Source: Spirochaetota bacterium
GTDB taxonomy: Bacteria > Spirochaetota > UBA4802 > UBA5550
Assembly: GCA_963664815.2 (NCBI GenBank)
Contig: CAXXHB010000002.1
Span: 544,001-608,000 of the forward strand
DNA length: 64,000 nucleotides
Direction: 5' to 3'
The notes under the pieces are model-generated. The model ran no database searches. It saw nothing but the letters and a program-made list of their open reading frames with translations, and had not been told where the DNA came from. Shown here in pieces: positions 50,595-60,613 of this stretch (its first letter is position 1; each line of letters begins with the position of its first letter). The translations under genes and the position numbers were made by a program.

Positions 50595-51612
50595 TGATTT
50601 TAGCCTCTTTATATATTCTGTTAAATTCCTCAATGTATTTTAAGGCTAATTCGCTGCTTTCTATTATAATAATATTTTCGTCATTTTTAATGTTGGCGTT
50701 TTTTGAAATGTTGAACGAACCAGTTATAACATTAAGATCATCTATGATGATTACTTTGTGGTGCATAATATATTTATTTCCGTCAAGTCGCACAGGAATA
50801 CCTTCAATTTTCATCTTTGTATACTCGGAATATTCAGTATCAGACCCTTTTTTCTCGAAAACACCTTCGACAGGTATGCCTTTCTTAAATTTTTCGATCA
50901 TTAGCTCACCAATGATGTCAGAGGTGAACGAGAATTGCATAAATTTTATTGATTTTTCAGCTTTTTTTATTTTATCATAAATAATTTTTTCAACATTATC
51001 CTCTGGAGCAAAATATACGTTAATATTCATCTTGTCGAGCTTTGTATTATACTTTCTTCGTAGCTTTTTAAAGGCGCCTTCTTCATTTCTGTTTCCAAAG
51101 ATTCCTGAATCAAACATTTCGGTGAATTCAGAGAGATAAATTTCTGCAAGCTCAGATGAATGTATGAGCAGGGCATTATTGTTATTTTTCCATGTGCAGT
51201 TTTCGGTCATGTTATAAGATCCTGTAAAGACAGTCGAACCATCTATAACAGCAAACTTGTTATGCATAAGACCCGTATTTGTATCCGTTACAACGGGGAT
51301 TTGATTCTCCATAATTTTTGTAATAGCTCTCCCCGAAAAGTTGTCATTATCTGTAACAAGTTTTACCTCTATACCTCTCTTATGTGCAGCAACCAGTTCT
51401 TCAGCAATTTTCATTGATGAAATATCATAGAAAGCACCGTAGAAAAATTGTTTTGAATTTTTAATAGCAAGAATAAGACCGTCCTGCGGGTTTGCAGCAA
51501 TACACTTTTTCATTTTTGAAGGATTTGTAAAGTAAACTTCCCATTTTTTTTCTGCATATGATGTGGAATAAAGAAAAAAATGAAGAATGAAAACTATGAT
51601 TATTTTTTTCAA
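50587..51612 (-). CDS. Exported phospholipase D superfamily protein (two HKD motifs)
   Basis: MHNKFAVID..TGSYN and MHHKVIIID..TGSFN. Signal peptide. Confidence 0.9.
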   Translation of the reverse strand: MKKIIIVFILHFFLYSTSYAEKKWEVYFTNPSKMKKCIAANPQDGLILAIKNSKQFFYGAFYDISSMKIAEELVAAHKRGIEVKLVTDNDNFSGRAITKIMENQIPVVTDTNTGLMHNKFAVIDGSTVFTGSYNMTENCTWKNNNNALLIHSSELAEIYLSEFTEMFDSGIFGNRNEEGAFKKLRRKYNTKLDKMNINVYFAPEDNVEKIIYDKIKKAEKSIKFMQFSFTSDIIGELMIEKFKKGIPVEGVFEKKGSDTEYSEYTKMKIEGIPVRLDGNKYIMHHKVIIIDDLNVITGSFNISKNANIKNDENIIIIESSELALKYIEEFNRIYKEAKINE

Positions 51613-51646
51613 GAGATTCCCTCAATTAATTTCAACGTATGGAGAC

Positions 51647-51687
51647 TTTACTGCTTTCAGTAAGATTAATGAATGGAAAGCAGTAAA
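51647..51687. other. 12-bp perfect inverted repeat upstream of the PLD gene
   Basis: TTTACTGCTTTC-N17-GAAAGCAGTAAA. No U-tail on the coding strand. Confidence 0.5.
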
Positions 51688-51757
51688 AAATAGCACAGTT
51701 CAATCAAAATCTGATGCTGATATTTATACGTTCAGGAGCTGGAAAAAATGAATTTTT

Positions 51758-52702
51758 TTATCCGTGTTTTAAATTTTCTTCTTTTTCAAGTACGAGGTTT
51801 TCGTATTCGGTGTAAAGGAGCTGTTCTTCTTTTCCGGGGTTCATAGATCTTACTTTTGAAACGAGAGTTCTGTAAGGAGAGAGTTTTTTTATATCCGTTT
51901 CAGATTCAATTTTTTGTTTTAACTGTTTATCATCACGGACAATCAATGCAAGATAAAATTCAAATGCGTTTTTAAGATCGCTGAGCATAGTTTTATTTTT
52001 AACAACATCCAGTTCATCTTTTTTATTATTAAGGATGTCGTTGATATAAAAGATTATAAACTGAGTGTCAAAGGCTGATATATCAAAATCAAGTAACAGC
52101 TGGTTAAGGTTGGAGAGTGCCATATTTTTTAAATGGTAGCTTGCAAGAAATACGGGATTATCGGACATGGTGTTGATGCTTATATAATCAGAGCTTTTTT
52201 CTTCATGAAGAGGGAGTACCGCTTCAACTTTTTCTGATGCTATTTTTATTATTTCACCTGGACGATAACGGCTTGTAATAACTGAGACTTCAATTTCGGA
52301 AATAGATTCATCAACAACAAGATAATCTACTTCGGTATCAGAAGGGATATCTTTAAGCATAGCTGAGTAACTTTTTAGTGTTATAATTTTAACAGGGAGA
52401 AGATCCATAGATGCTACATAATGGATAAATAGATACTTTCTTTTTTTTTCAATAATGTTTCTGTAAGGCAATATAAGTGTATCATCCCTGATTTTTAAAA
52501 GCGAGTATTCTTTAAGATGATCCCGTTCAATTAGGAAAATCCTTCCAAGAAAGACCACAGTGGGTATTTTGTGAAGAATACTTCTCCCCTCATTGTCTAC
52601 AGGAAAAGTTTCACCAATATTATTAAAAACAAGAAACTTAAGTTTATCAAACAATATTTTTAAAGTGTAACCAGCTGGTGTTTTCTCTTCAGTGAAATCC
52701 AT
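51758..52702 (-). CDS. Hypothetical protein
   Basis: 314-aa ORF co-oriented with its neighbours. No motif recognised. Confidence 0.75.
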   Translation of the reverse strand: MDFTEEKTPAGYTLKILFDKLKFLVFNNIGETFPVDNEGRSILHKIPTVVFLGRIFLIERDHLKEYSLLKIRDDTLILPYRNIIEKKRKYLFIHYVASMDLLPVKIITLKSYSAMLKDIPSDTEVDYLVVDESISEIEVSVITSRYRPGEIIKIASEKVEAVLPLHEEKSSDYISINTMSDNPVFLASYHLKNMALSNLNQLLLDFDISAFDTQFIIFYINDILNNKKDELDVVKNKTMLSDLKNAFEFYLALIVRDDKQLKQKIESETDIKKLSPYRTLVSKVRSMNPGKEEQLLYTEYENLVLEKEENLKHG

Positions 52703-52768
52703 GGATCACCATATACTATTTTTTAACTTTATAAATATAATAATGAGTGAGATTTGCAAGCAATAATT

Positions 52769-53770
52769 TTATAATTTGGAGCTTACATCAATGGAGAAAG
52801 AATCAAAAATTTTACGGATAAAATACTGGTATGATATTCCGGCTATCATTGCCGCATTATCGGTACACATGAGAGGTGAGGGAAACAGCACTTCTTCTTC
52901 TTTATTCTTTTCTGCATAAATCATCTGTCTGAGTCTTCCGTTAGCTGCCACCCCCCCCGCAACAACCATTCTCTTTATTCCGGATTTTCTTGCAGCGGTA
53001 AAAAGTCTTCTTACAAGTAATTCAAGCGCCCTCTCCTGAAAACTGTAGACTATTTCAGATTTATTTTGTTCCGGATTCTGTTTCATGTAGTTTATAACGG
53101 CTGTTTTTAAACCGGAATATGAAAATCTTGTATCATCAGGATCAGTAAGAATTTTCGGAAAAAAAATTTTATTTTCAGAGGCTTCCCTGGCAAGCTTTTC
53201 CACAAGCGGTCCACCCGGATAGCCGAGACCGATAAATTTTGAGACCTTGTCAAATGCTTCTCCCACAGCATCATCAACTGTTTTGCCAATCAGTTCCATT
53301 TCTCCCGGTCCGGTAACAGTATAAAGAGCTGTATTTCCTCCGGATACAAGAAGTCCGATGAATGGATATGACAATTCGCTTTCCTCAAGAAACGGAGCAT
53401 AAAGATGAGCTTCAAGATGATTCACTCCAATGAGCGGAATATTCAGCACAAAAGAGATAGCTTTTGCGCTTTGAAGAGCTATTAAAAGTGATCCTGTCAG
53501 GCCTGGTCTGTTTGTGGCTGCAACATAATTTAGATCTCTGAAAGTAAAATTGCTTTCAATGAGCGCCATTTCAATCAGGTAATTAATTTTTTCAAGGTGA
53601 GCCCTTGATGCTATCTCCGGCACAACTCCTGAATATTCGCAATGAAGTTCAACCTGGCTGAATATTCTGTTTGAGAGTATTTTTTTCCCGTTAATAACAA
53701 TGGCTGCTGATGTTTCATCGCATGAACTCTCCAGACCCAACCCTATAATTTGCTCCGGCATATGTGACAT
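52769..53770 (-). CDS. tsaD: tRNA N6-adenosine threonylcarbamoyltransferase
   Basis: Motifs LESSCDETS, GVVPEIASRAH, NHLEAH, LVSGGNT, DDAVGEAFDK, GGVAAN, TDNAAMI. Confidence 0.96.
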   Translation of the reverse strand: MSHMPEQIIGLGLESSCDETSAAIVINGKKILSNRIFSQVELHCEYSGVVPEIASRAHLEKINYLIEMALIESNFTFRDLNYVAATNRPGLTGSLLIALQSAKAISFVLNIPLIGVNHLEAHLYAPFLEESELSYPFIGLLVSGGNTALYTVTGPGEMELIGKTVDDAVGEAFDKVSKFIGLGYPGGPLVEKLAREASENKIFFPKILTDPDDTRFSYSGLKTAVINYMKQNPEQNKSEIVYSFQERALELLVRRLFTAARKSGIKRMVVAGGVAANGRLRQMIYAEKNKEEEVLFPSPLMCTDNAAMIAGISYQYFIRKIFDSFSIDVSSKL

Positions 53771-53773
53771 TAC

Positions 53774-55138
53774 CTATTTACTTACCTTTTCAATAGCAGC
53801 TGTAAGTTGATTATCAAATTCAAGATCATATATCTGATTTTTATGATACTTTGAAATTTCTCTTTTAAGTATAAAGTCAGCTGTATTATCTGAAATTTTT
53901 ACATTTCTGCTCTGAAGAAATTTTTTAAATTCAGATTTCACTATGTCGTTATAAACGGTTTTAATGGAGACGAATTCATTAAGCAGTTTATTACTGCTTA
54001 TTTTCTTCAATTCATCGGTCTCTTTTTCCGGAAATTCCGCGACTTTTACTTCAAAATCGGGCATGATCCCCTTTCCGTGTATCATCGCACCGGAAGGGGT
54101 GTAGTATTTAGCAATTGTAACTGCAATGCCAACATCCTTGTCAAGGTTGTATGTTTTTTGAACGGATCCTTTACCGAAAGTTTTTTCACCGAGGAGAAGC
54201 GCTTTGTTATTATCTCGCAATGCCCCGCTTAAAATTTCTGAAGCTGAAGCGCTTCCTTTATTTACAATCAATATGATTTTCCCTTTATAGACAGGATCTG
54301 TTACAGCTTTGAAATACTGTTCTTTATTGTTTTCTGAACGCCCCTTCGTTGATACAATTGTAAGGTCTTTTTCGAGGAAAAAATTGGAGATTTCCACTGC
54401 AGCGGTGAGAAGTCCGCCGGGATTGTACCGAAGGTCTATAATAAGTCTGTTTATCTTGTTATTATTGAAGAAATCAAGAGCTTTCCTTACATCCTGAGTT
54501 GTATCGTTTCCGAATGTTTTAATTTTAAGGTAACCGATATTATGTTCTTTTATTAATGCAAATTCCGTACTCTCTATCTTTACAGGAGCTCTTTCAATAT
54601 TATAACTGATTTCTTCCTTGAAGCCTTCCCGTTTTATTGAAATATTTACTTTTGTTCCGGGGAGTCCTTTTATATTTTTAATTATTTCATCCAGATTTTT
54701 ATCTTTAATAATTTCATTGTTCACCTTGGTAATTATATCACCAGATTCAATTCCGGCTTTCATTGCCGGGGAATTTTCAATGGGGCTTACTACTACAATT
54801 TCACCGTCCTTGACAGCTATTTCAACGCCAATACCGACAAATTTTCCGGAAGTCATTTCCTGCAATTCAGCTGTAGATTCTTCATTAAGAAATCTTGTGA
54901 AGGGGTCTCCAAGAGAATCAATCATTCCTTTAATAGCACCATAAAACAGTTTTTTGTTATCCGGCTGGTCAACGTACTCGCTTGTAATTATCTGAAAAGC
55001 CTGGTGAAAAAAATCGAGATACTTATGTGCCGGTTCCCCTGCGGAAGCTACAAATGAAAAATTTATTCCAAGAAAAAGACCTGTTGCAAAGGCAAGTACT
55101 ATTAAATGAGTTTTTCTCTCTGAAAATTTTTTAAGCAT
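53774..55138 (-). CDS. Carboxy-terminal processing protease, S41 family (PDZ)
   Basis: Motifs GIGVEI (PDZ), DLRYNPGG, SASASEI, TFGKGSVQ. Confidence 0.95.
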   Translation of the reverse strand: MLKKFSERKTHLIVLAFATGLFLGINFSFVASAGEPAHKYLDFFHQAFQIITSEYVDQPDNKKLFYGAIKGMIDSLGDPFTRFLNEESTAELQEMTSGKFVGIGVEIAVKDGEIVVVSPIENSPAMKAGIESGDIITKVNNEIIKDKNLDEIIKNIKGLPGTKVNISIKREGFKEEISYNIERAPVKIESTEFALIKEHNIGYLKIKTFGNDTTQDVRKALDFFNNNKINRLIIDLRYNPGGLLTAAVEISNFFLEKDLTIVSTKGRSENNKEQYFKAVTDPVYKGKIILIVNKGSASASEILSGALRDNNKALLLGEKTFGKGSVQKTYNLDKDVGIAVTIAKYYTPSGAMIHGKGIMPDFEVKVAEFPEKETDELKKISSNKLLNEFVSIKTVYNDIVKSEFKKFLQSRNVKISDNTADFILKREISKYHKNQIYDLEFDNQLTAAIEKVSK

Positions 55139-55300
55139 GATTGGCTCCGGTTTAAAAGAAATGGGTTTTAGTATAAAGTATGTAAATTAAAAATAAAATC
55201 TGTTACTGGTAGTGTCAATAATTAAGTAATATGCTGGAGAATTTATTATAAGCAATTGAATTAATTTCAGAAAGAGAAAGAAATTGTATTTTAACAATAA

Positions 55301-55900
55301 TTATATTTCTTTAAAAATTTTTCTGGCAAAATCCGTGATTATTCTTGCAGTTAATCCCCATATAGTATTTTTTCCGAAATTGTAGTAGTAAACATCAAAA
55401 TCTTTTCCATCATGTGTAAGTTTTTCGCATTTAGTATATTCTTCATTATAAAAAATAGAAAACGGAACTTCAAGCATTTCATCAATCTCATCCCTGCATA
55501 CAACATACTGTTGAACTCTGTTGAGCGCTCCGACAAAAACATAGACATGGAAACCCATAATGGAAATATATTCATCGAATTCACCCAGGACTTCGATTTC
55601 TTCCGGATTTATCCCGACCTCTTCCATAGTTTCCCTGAGTGCTGTTTCGAGATAATCTTTGTCAGTGGAATCATATCCTCCTCCGGGAAATGATACCTGA
55701 CCTTTGTGTGTGGATACCTTGTCTGTTCGAAGCGTAAGGAGAACATATGGAGATTCCTCTTTTTCCATGAAGAGAATCATTACTGCCGATTTTTTATAAT
55801 CGGGATAATGTACTGTTCGTTTATTTCTTGATGAAAGTTTGTCGGCGATGAATTTTTTAAAAGATATAAAACTATATGCGGTGTTGAATTTCATATTCAT
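55301..55900 (-). CDS. Nudix hydrolase, CoA pyrophosphatase family
   Basis: Motifs LLTLR..HKGQVSFPGG..TALRETMEEVG and IWGLTA. Confidence 0.92.
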   Translation of the reverse strand: MNMKFNTAYSFISFKKFIADKLSSRNKRTVHYPDYKKSAVMILFMEKEESPYVLLTLRTDKVSTHKGQVSFPGGGYDSTDKDYLETALRETMEEVGINPEEIEVLGEFDEYISIMGFHVYVFVGALNRVQQYVVCRDEIDEMLEVPFSIFYNEEYTKCEKLTHDGKDFDVYYYNFGKNTIWGLTARIITDFARKIFKEI

Positions 55901-56420
55901 AAATATCCTCTCCATACTGATCGATGGCCACAACTACTGGAAAATCTTCAACAATAAGTTCATACACTGCTTCAGCAGCAAGGTCGTCAAAAGCTATTAT
56001 CCTTGAAGATTTTATCCTTTTGTTTAAATATGCCCCCGCTCCTCCAAATGAACTGAAGTAGACTGAGTGATATTTTACAATAAGTTCTTTAGTTTCTGCA
56101 TTCCTTTTTCCTTTTCCAATCATCCCTTTTATACCAAGTTCAAGCATCATTGAAGAGAAGGGATCCATTCGCGATGATGTTGTCGGACCAGCGGCTCCTA
56201 TAACTTCCCCAGGTTTTGCAGGAGTCGGCCCAACGTAGTATATAAGCTCATCTTTAAGTTCAAACGGGAGTTTTTCCCCTGTTTTAAGCATATGCGTAAT
56301 TCTTTCATGTGCTTTGTCTCTGGCGGTAAGAAGCTTTCCTGTAATGAGACAGAGATCTCTGCATCGAAGTGTTTCAAGTACATCAGATGTAAGAGGAGTG
56401 GATATTTTTTTCCAGTTCAT
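55872..56420 (-). CDS. Class I fumarate hydratase / tartrate dehydratase beta subunit
   Basis: Motifs TARDKAH, GPTTSSRMD, MIGKG, EAVYEL.VEDFP. Confidence 0.92.
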   Translation of the reverse strand: MNWKKISTPLTSDVLETLRCRDLCLITGKLLTARDKAHERITHMLKTGEKLPFELKDELIYYVGPTPAKPGEVIGAAGPTTSSRMDPFSSMMLELGIKGMIGKGKRNAETKELIVKYHSVYFSSFGGAGAYLNKRIKSSRIIAFDDLAAEAVYELIVEDFPVVVAIDQYGEDIYEYEIQHRI

Positions 56421-57265
56421 CAGAGAATCTTTCTCCCTTTGCGGAATGAATGACAGTTTAAGTTAAGGGCAACAGGGAGTGACGCTATATGTGCCGGGGC
56501 CTCTTTTATGTAAACACCTGCTGCGCTGTTTTTACCACCTAATCCTAATGGGCCTACTCCGGAGTTGTTTATTCTTTCGAGAATTTTTATCTCCAGATCA
56601 TGGTAGAAAGGATCTGGATTATGTTCTTCCGGATTTTTAAGCAGGGCTTTTTTGGCATTAAGCATTGCTGTATCTGCGGTACCCCCTATCCCTATGCCCA
56701 GGAAGAGAGGGGGGCATGGATTAGGCCCTGCAGAAATTACCGTATCTTCAACAAATTCAATTATTTTTTCCACTGAGTCTGTTGGGCGGAACATCTTCAG
56801 CACACTCATGTTTTCCGAACCCCCGCCTTTCAGCATGAGATCAATAACAAGTCCGTTTCCCGGAACTATATCTGTGTGAATGATTGAGGGTGTATTTGTC
56901 CCTGTATTTTTTCTGCGAAGAGGATCAGCAACAATAGATTTTCTGAGATAAAATTTATCGTATGCTTCAGCAACTGCGGAATTTACTGCGTCGTAAAGAT
57001 AATCCCCCGTAATATCGAGTTCCTGCCCGATTTCAAGAAATATAATCACAGAACCGCAATCCTGACAGAGTGGAATATTATCTTTTTCCGCTATTTCAAT
57101 GTTCTCTATCAATATACCAAGAGTTTCTGATGCGAGTGGAAGCGTTTCTTCTTTTCTCATCTTCAGAAAAATATTTTTTATTTCCGGAGGTGCTGTAAAA
57201 TTGACATTTAAAATAAGTTCCTCAATGGCTTTTTTTATTTCATCAGTGTGGATTTTTCTTTTCAT
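56420..57265 (-). CDS. Class I fumarate hydratase / tartrate dehydratase alpha subunit
   Basis: Motifs PLCQD, KGGGSEN, NPCPP, GIGG, HIASLPV, CHS. Confidence 0.92.
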   Translation of the reverse strand: MKRKIHTDEIKKAIEELILNVNFTAPPEIKNIFLKMRKEETLPLASETLGILIENIEIAEKDNIPLCQDCGSVIIFLEIGQELDITGDYLYDAVNSAVAEAYDKFYLRKSIVADPLRRKNTGTNTPSIIHTDIVPGNGLVIDLMLKGGGSENMSVLKMFRPTDSVEKIIEFVEDTVISAGPNPCPPLFLGIGIGGTADTAMLNAKKALLKNPEEHNPDPFYHDLEIKILERINNSGVGPLGLGGKNSAAGVYIKEAPAHIASLPVALNLNCHSFRKGRKIL

Positions 57266-57540
57266 AATTTTATTGGTACTATAAGCCTATTCAGGTAAAA
57301 TTTTTTTACAATTACCGGAAATCTGAGAATTTGGTATTTATGAAATATAAGACATTCAGAAGAACGAATGTCAACAAATATTATATGAATCATTAATCAG
57401 AATTTTGATGTTTTAAAGCATGGTATTAGTAATTCGTCGTTCTATCGTAGACTTTATATTACTTGACATTATCTGCTATATTTCAGATTTTTATGGTAAA
57501 ATAAGAGAAGAGTAAATAATATGAATATGTAGATCAGGGA

Positions 57541-58311
57541 ATGATGCGGAAAAATAAAAAAAGTATCATGTATTTTTTCATCTTTCAGGTTACAGAAATA
57601 AAAATAATACTCTGTGCCATGCTTCTGCTTTTGCTTTCGTGTACATCAGTTAAAATTACTTCAGAAGGAGGTGCAAATGAGCAGATAAAAGCGGAAAACA
57701 GAATCATGAAAAAAAACCTTACACTGGCATTGAGGGAAAACAGCGTTTTAAAAGATGAAAATATTCTGTATAAGGGTGACAACAGCAGACTCAATACGCG
57801 TATTAAACTTCTTGAATCGGAAATGGGGTCATTGCAGAAAAAGTATGAGCAGGACATTGCTCTTCTTAATGAAAAATATGAGAACCTGAACAAAAAAAAT
57901 ATTATTCTTGAACAGGAGAGTTCGTTTAAATTACAGGAACTCACTTCAATAAATAAAGCTCTTGAACAAAAGATGACAGGCGAGATAACGCAACTGAATG
58001 AAAATATAAGAAAACAGGAGGAAGCGTTTAACAGAGAACGTGCGGGTATTGAAACTGCATTTTTAAAAAAAGAGCTGGAATATCAGAAACAGCTGACACT
58101 GCTTAAGAAAGAGATTTTAACCGCTACAGTTGAGATGGAATCGTTAAAAACAAAGCTTGCAGAATCAGAGTCAAATCTTTCAGCCGTAAAATCTGAAATA
58201 ATCAGGAAAGATGAATTGAACAGGGAGCTTAAATTAAGAATCGATTCTCTCGTTGCTGATAAAGAAAATAAAAAAGAGGATTCTGCTGATATAAAAAAAG
58301 GAAATCCATAA
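57541..58311 (+). CDS. Coiled-coil putative lipoprotein
   Basis: Hydrophobic stretch ending LLLSC followed by a long heptad-rich region. Start codon uncertain. TAATG coupling to the next gene. Confidence 0.65.
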   Translation: MMRKNKKSIMYFFIFQVTEIKIILCAMLLLLLSCTSVKITSEGGANEQIKAENRIMKKNLTLALRENSVLKDENILYKGDNSRLNTRIKLLESEMGSLQKKYEQDIALLNEKYENLNKKNIILEQESSFKLQELTSINKALEQKMTGEITQLNENIRKQEEAFNRERAGIETAFLKKELEYQKQLTLLKKEILTATVEMESLKTKLAESESNLSAVKSEIIRKDELNRELKLRIDSLVADKENKKEDSADIKKGNP

Positions 58312-60455
58312 TGAATCATAAGGAAGGAGATTCCGTCAGACTCACGAAATATTCAGCAGTTATAATAATTTTCTTCCTCGCTTTTTATCTTATGCTTCCA
58401 AAATCTGTTGCTGCTAAGAATAAGTTTACTCTTCTTCTTACAACAAATCTGCAGGGAAGATTTTCACTGGAGAAAGAAAACCAGAATTTGAATGACCCTA
58501 TGCTGATTCTTGCACAATCTATAATAAGAGAAAAGGAAGAATCCCCATTTGATCTTTATCTTGACTTGGGTAATGCATTCTATCCCGGAGTTCTTTCAAG
58601 ATACAGCTATGGTTCTGCAATGATGGATTTTTTTAACTATTTTAACTGTGAGGCGACTCTTATATCTTCAAGGGATATAAGTATAGGGCTCTCCAACCTT
58701 GAATTCCTTTCAAAAGATAAAAATACAAAAATGCTCTCGTCGAATATAATCAAGGATAACCAGCCGATATTTACTCCATACATTATAGTAAATCATTCTG
58801 GCAGGAAAATCGGTATTATAGGCGTTTCTTCAGCTGATGGCCTTTTTGATATAGCTGAAAAAAAGACTTTAAATATTTCTTTCAGTAAATATCTTGAATC
58901 AATAAAGATTATGGCTGAAAAACTGAACAGTAATGGTTGTAATAATCTTATACTACTTTCGGGGCTGTCATACAGGAATAATATAGAACTGATGAAGGAG
59001 ATACCCGAAGTAAACCTGATAATCAGCGGTGGTGATTCTACAGGGAGTCTTTTTTCAATTCCATCGTCCCGTGTTGATCTTCAGTGGGGAAGATCGATTG
59101 TTACTCTTCTGGAGAATGACGGATACTACAGGCTTGAACTCGATCTGGATGATGGAATCAGCATTATATCAATGAATTTCAACAAACCGGCAGAATATAA
59201 AACATCAAATCCGGCATACCTTGAGTTTACCAACAGACTTTCTCTGTGGAAGGATAAGTTCAGAGAAGAGGAAAATCATATTTTTATAGATAAAATACCT
59301 GCGGCGTCTGTAACAGATGAAAGAGTGGCTAATATGTTAAGGCACAGGTACAACAGTGAAATAGGGATAATTGAGCAATATTCGATTATGCCTCAAACAC
59401 TTACCGGGCCGCTTTACTACTCAACCATAATGAAGCTTGTCAATAATGATAACCCGATATTTACATACAGGTTAAGCGGTGCCGATCTTAAAAAGATTGA
59501 AGATAGCAGCAACCTGGTTATTACAGGAATAAATAAAGAGAAAATACAGGATTACCCGATATCGGATGAAAGGATGTACAGGGTTTGCTCAACTCAGTAT
59601 GCTTATGACAGGATAACAGGGTTATTGCGGAAGCATATTGAATATAATAACACCTGGAAGACCCTGCAGGATGAAATAGAAGAAGATCTTAAAACAGATA
59701 AGTCTCTTATATCCGTTAATTTTAATTACCTTGAAGACAGATTTAGAATGCTTCTGGATATAACCCTGTCAAATTTTTATGACAGGTCTGTTGTTGAAAG
59801 AGGTGACAGCATAGATACTCCACCTGGCAAACCGTCAGAAACATACCGGAGATGGGGTATGGAAGATACGTTAAATATAACTTTATACAATAAGAATCAT
59901 CAACTGATAGTTACGCCATATATATATTATATAAAACAGAATGAAGAGTATCTTCAGAATCTCTTTCGCGGAACTCTCCTTTACACATATATTCCAAATA
60001 ATTCTGTCAGGCCATATCATAAGTCACAACTTGATACAGTCCTGGTCGAGAAAGATGGAAGACCGGTTCTGGTGAGAGAGACAGCCGGCATTTCTCTTAA
60101 AACTGACCGGATAACAGGAAGGTTCGGTGCAGGATTTGAGAAACAGATCCATGATCCGGAAAATTCCAGGCTTGATGGTATAGAGACACTGCTGGACGTG
60201 AATTATCCTTTTAATGATGAATTGGCATTCCTATTTAAAATGGATTCATTTATTTCAGTAAAAAGCGGAACTTCAGATGATCTGAAAATTCGAACAGAGA
60301 TAACAAATTCTCTTTCATACAGACTAAACAGCGTTTTAGGGGTATCTGTAAAATATAAGTGGTTTTATTTCTATTCTAAGGAAATTGAAGAATCTTATAA
60401 ATATAACCAGACTCTTATTTCAATTGATTTGAAAACTGATCTTAAACTTTTTTAA
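58311..60455 (+). CDS. Degenerate 5'-nucleotidase/metallophosphoesterase-like protein with C-terminal beta-strand-rich (possible barrel) domain
   Basis: UshA-like layout (LSSNI, PYIIV..GRKIGIIG, RLSGADL) with altered metal motifs. The C-terminal ~230 aa are amphipathic beta-like and end in Phe. Confidence 0.65.
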   Translation: MNHKEGDSVRLTKYSAVIIIFFLAFYLMLPKSVAAKNKFTLLLTTNLQGRFSLEKENQNLNDPMLILAQSIIREKEESPFDLYLDLGNAFYPGVLSRYSYGSAMMDFFNYFNCEATLISSRDISIGLSNLEFLSKDKNTKMLSSNIIKDNQPIFTPYIIVNHSGRKIGIIGVSSADGLFDIAEKKTLNISFSKYLESIKIMAEKLNSNGCNNLILLSGLSYRNNIELMKEIPEVNLIISGGDSTGSLFSIPSSRVDLQWGRSIVTLLENDGYYRLELDLDDGISIISMNFNKPAEYKTSNPAYLEFTNRLSLWKDKFREEENHIFIDKIPAASVTDERVANMLRHRYNSEIGIIEQYSIMPQTLTGPLYYSTIMKLVNNDNPIFTYRLSGADLKKIEDSSNLVITGINKEKIQDYPISDERMYRVCSTQYAYDRITGLLRKHIEYNNTWKTLQDEIEEDLKTDKSLISVNFNYLEDRFRMLLDITLSNFYDRSVVERGDSIDTPPGKPSETYRRWGMEDTLNITLYNKNHQLIVTPYIYYIKQNEEYLQNLFRGTLLYTYIPNNSVRPYHKSQLDTVLVEKDGRPVLVRETAGISLKTDRITGRFGAGFEKQIHDPENSRLDGIETLLDVNYPFNDELAFLFKMDSFISVKSGTSDDLKIRTEITNSLSYRLNSVLGVSVKYKWFYFYSKEIEESYKYNQTLISIDLKTDLKLF

Positions 60456-60564
60456 TATCAACTGTTAAGTAATCCCAACCATCTCACTGAGTAAATATAT
60501 ATTCCTCTTTTTCTGAAGAGTGTGTCTGGTATTCTCCCCGGTAACCGCTAATGTATTAAAAGGA

Positions 60565-60609
60565 TTGACTCCGTATACCAGGTATACTATTAATGTATAT
60601 ATGGTATAC
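60565..60609 (+). promoter_or_regulatory. Promoter with overlapping TetR-type operators
   Basis: TTGACT-N17-TATTAA. Perfect palindrome GTATACC-A-GGTATAC (60573-60587) and a second imperfect copy GTATATA-T-GGTATAC (60595-60609). Confidence 0.65.
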
Positions 60610-60613
60610 TAAT

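Noticed and set aside
46933-51612. Defence island (MTase plus PLD plus RadC, DISARM/restriction-like)
   Set aside because: The PLD has a signal peptide and lies on the opposite strand, and there is no helicase, REase or integrase. The neighbours are housekeeping genes.
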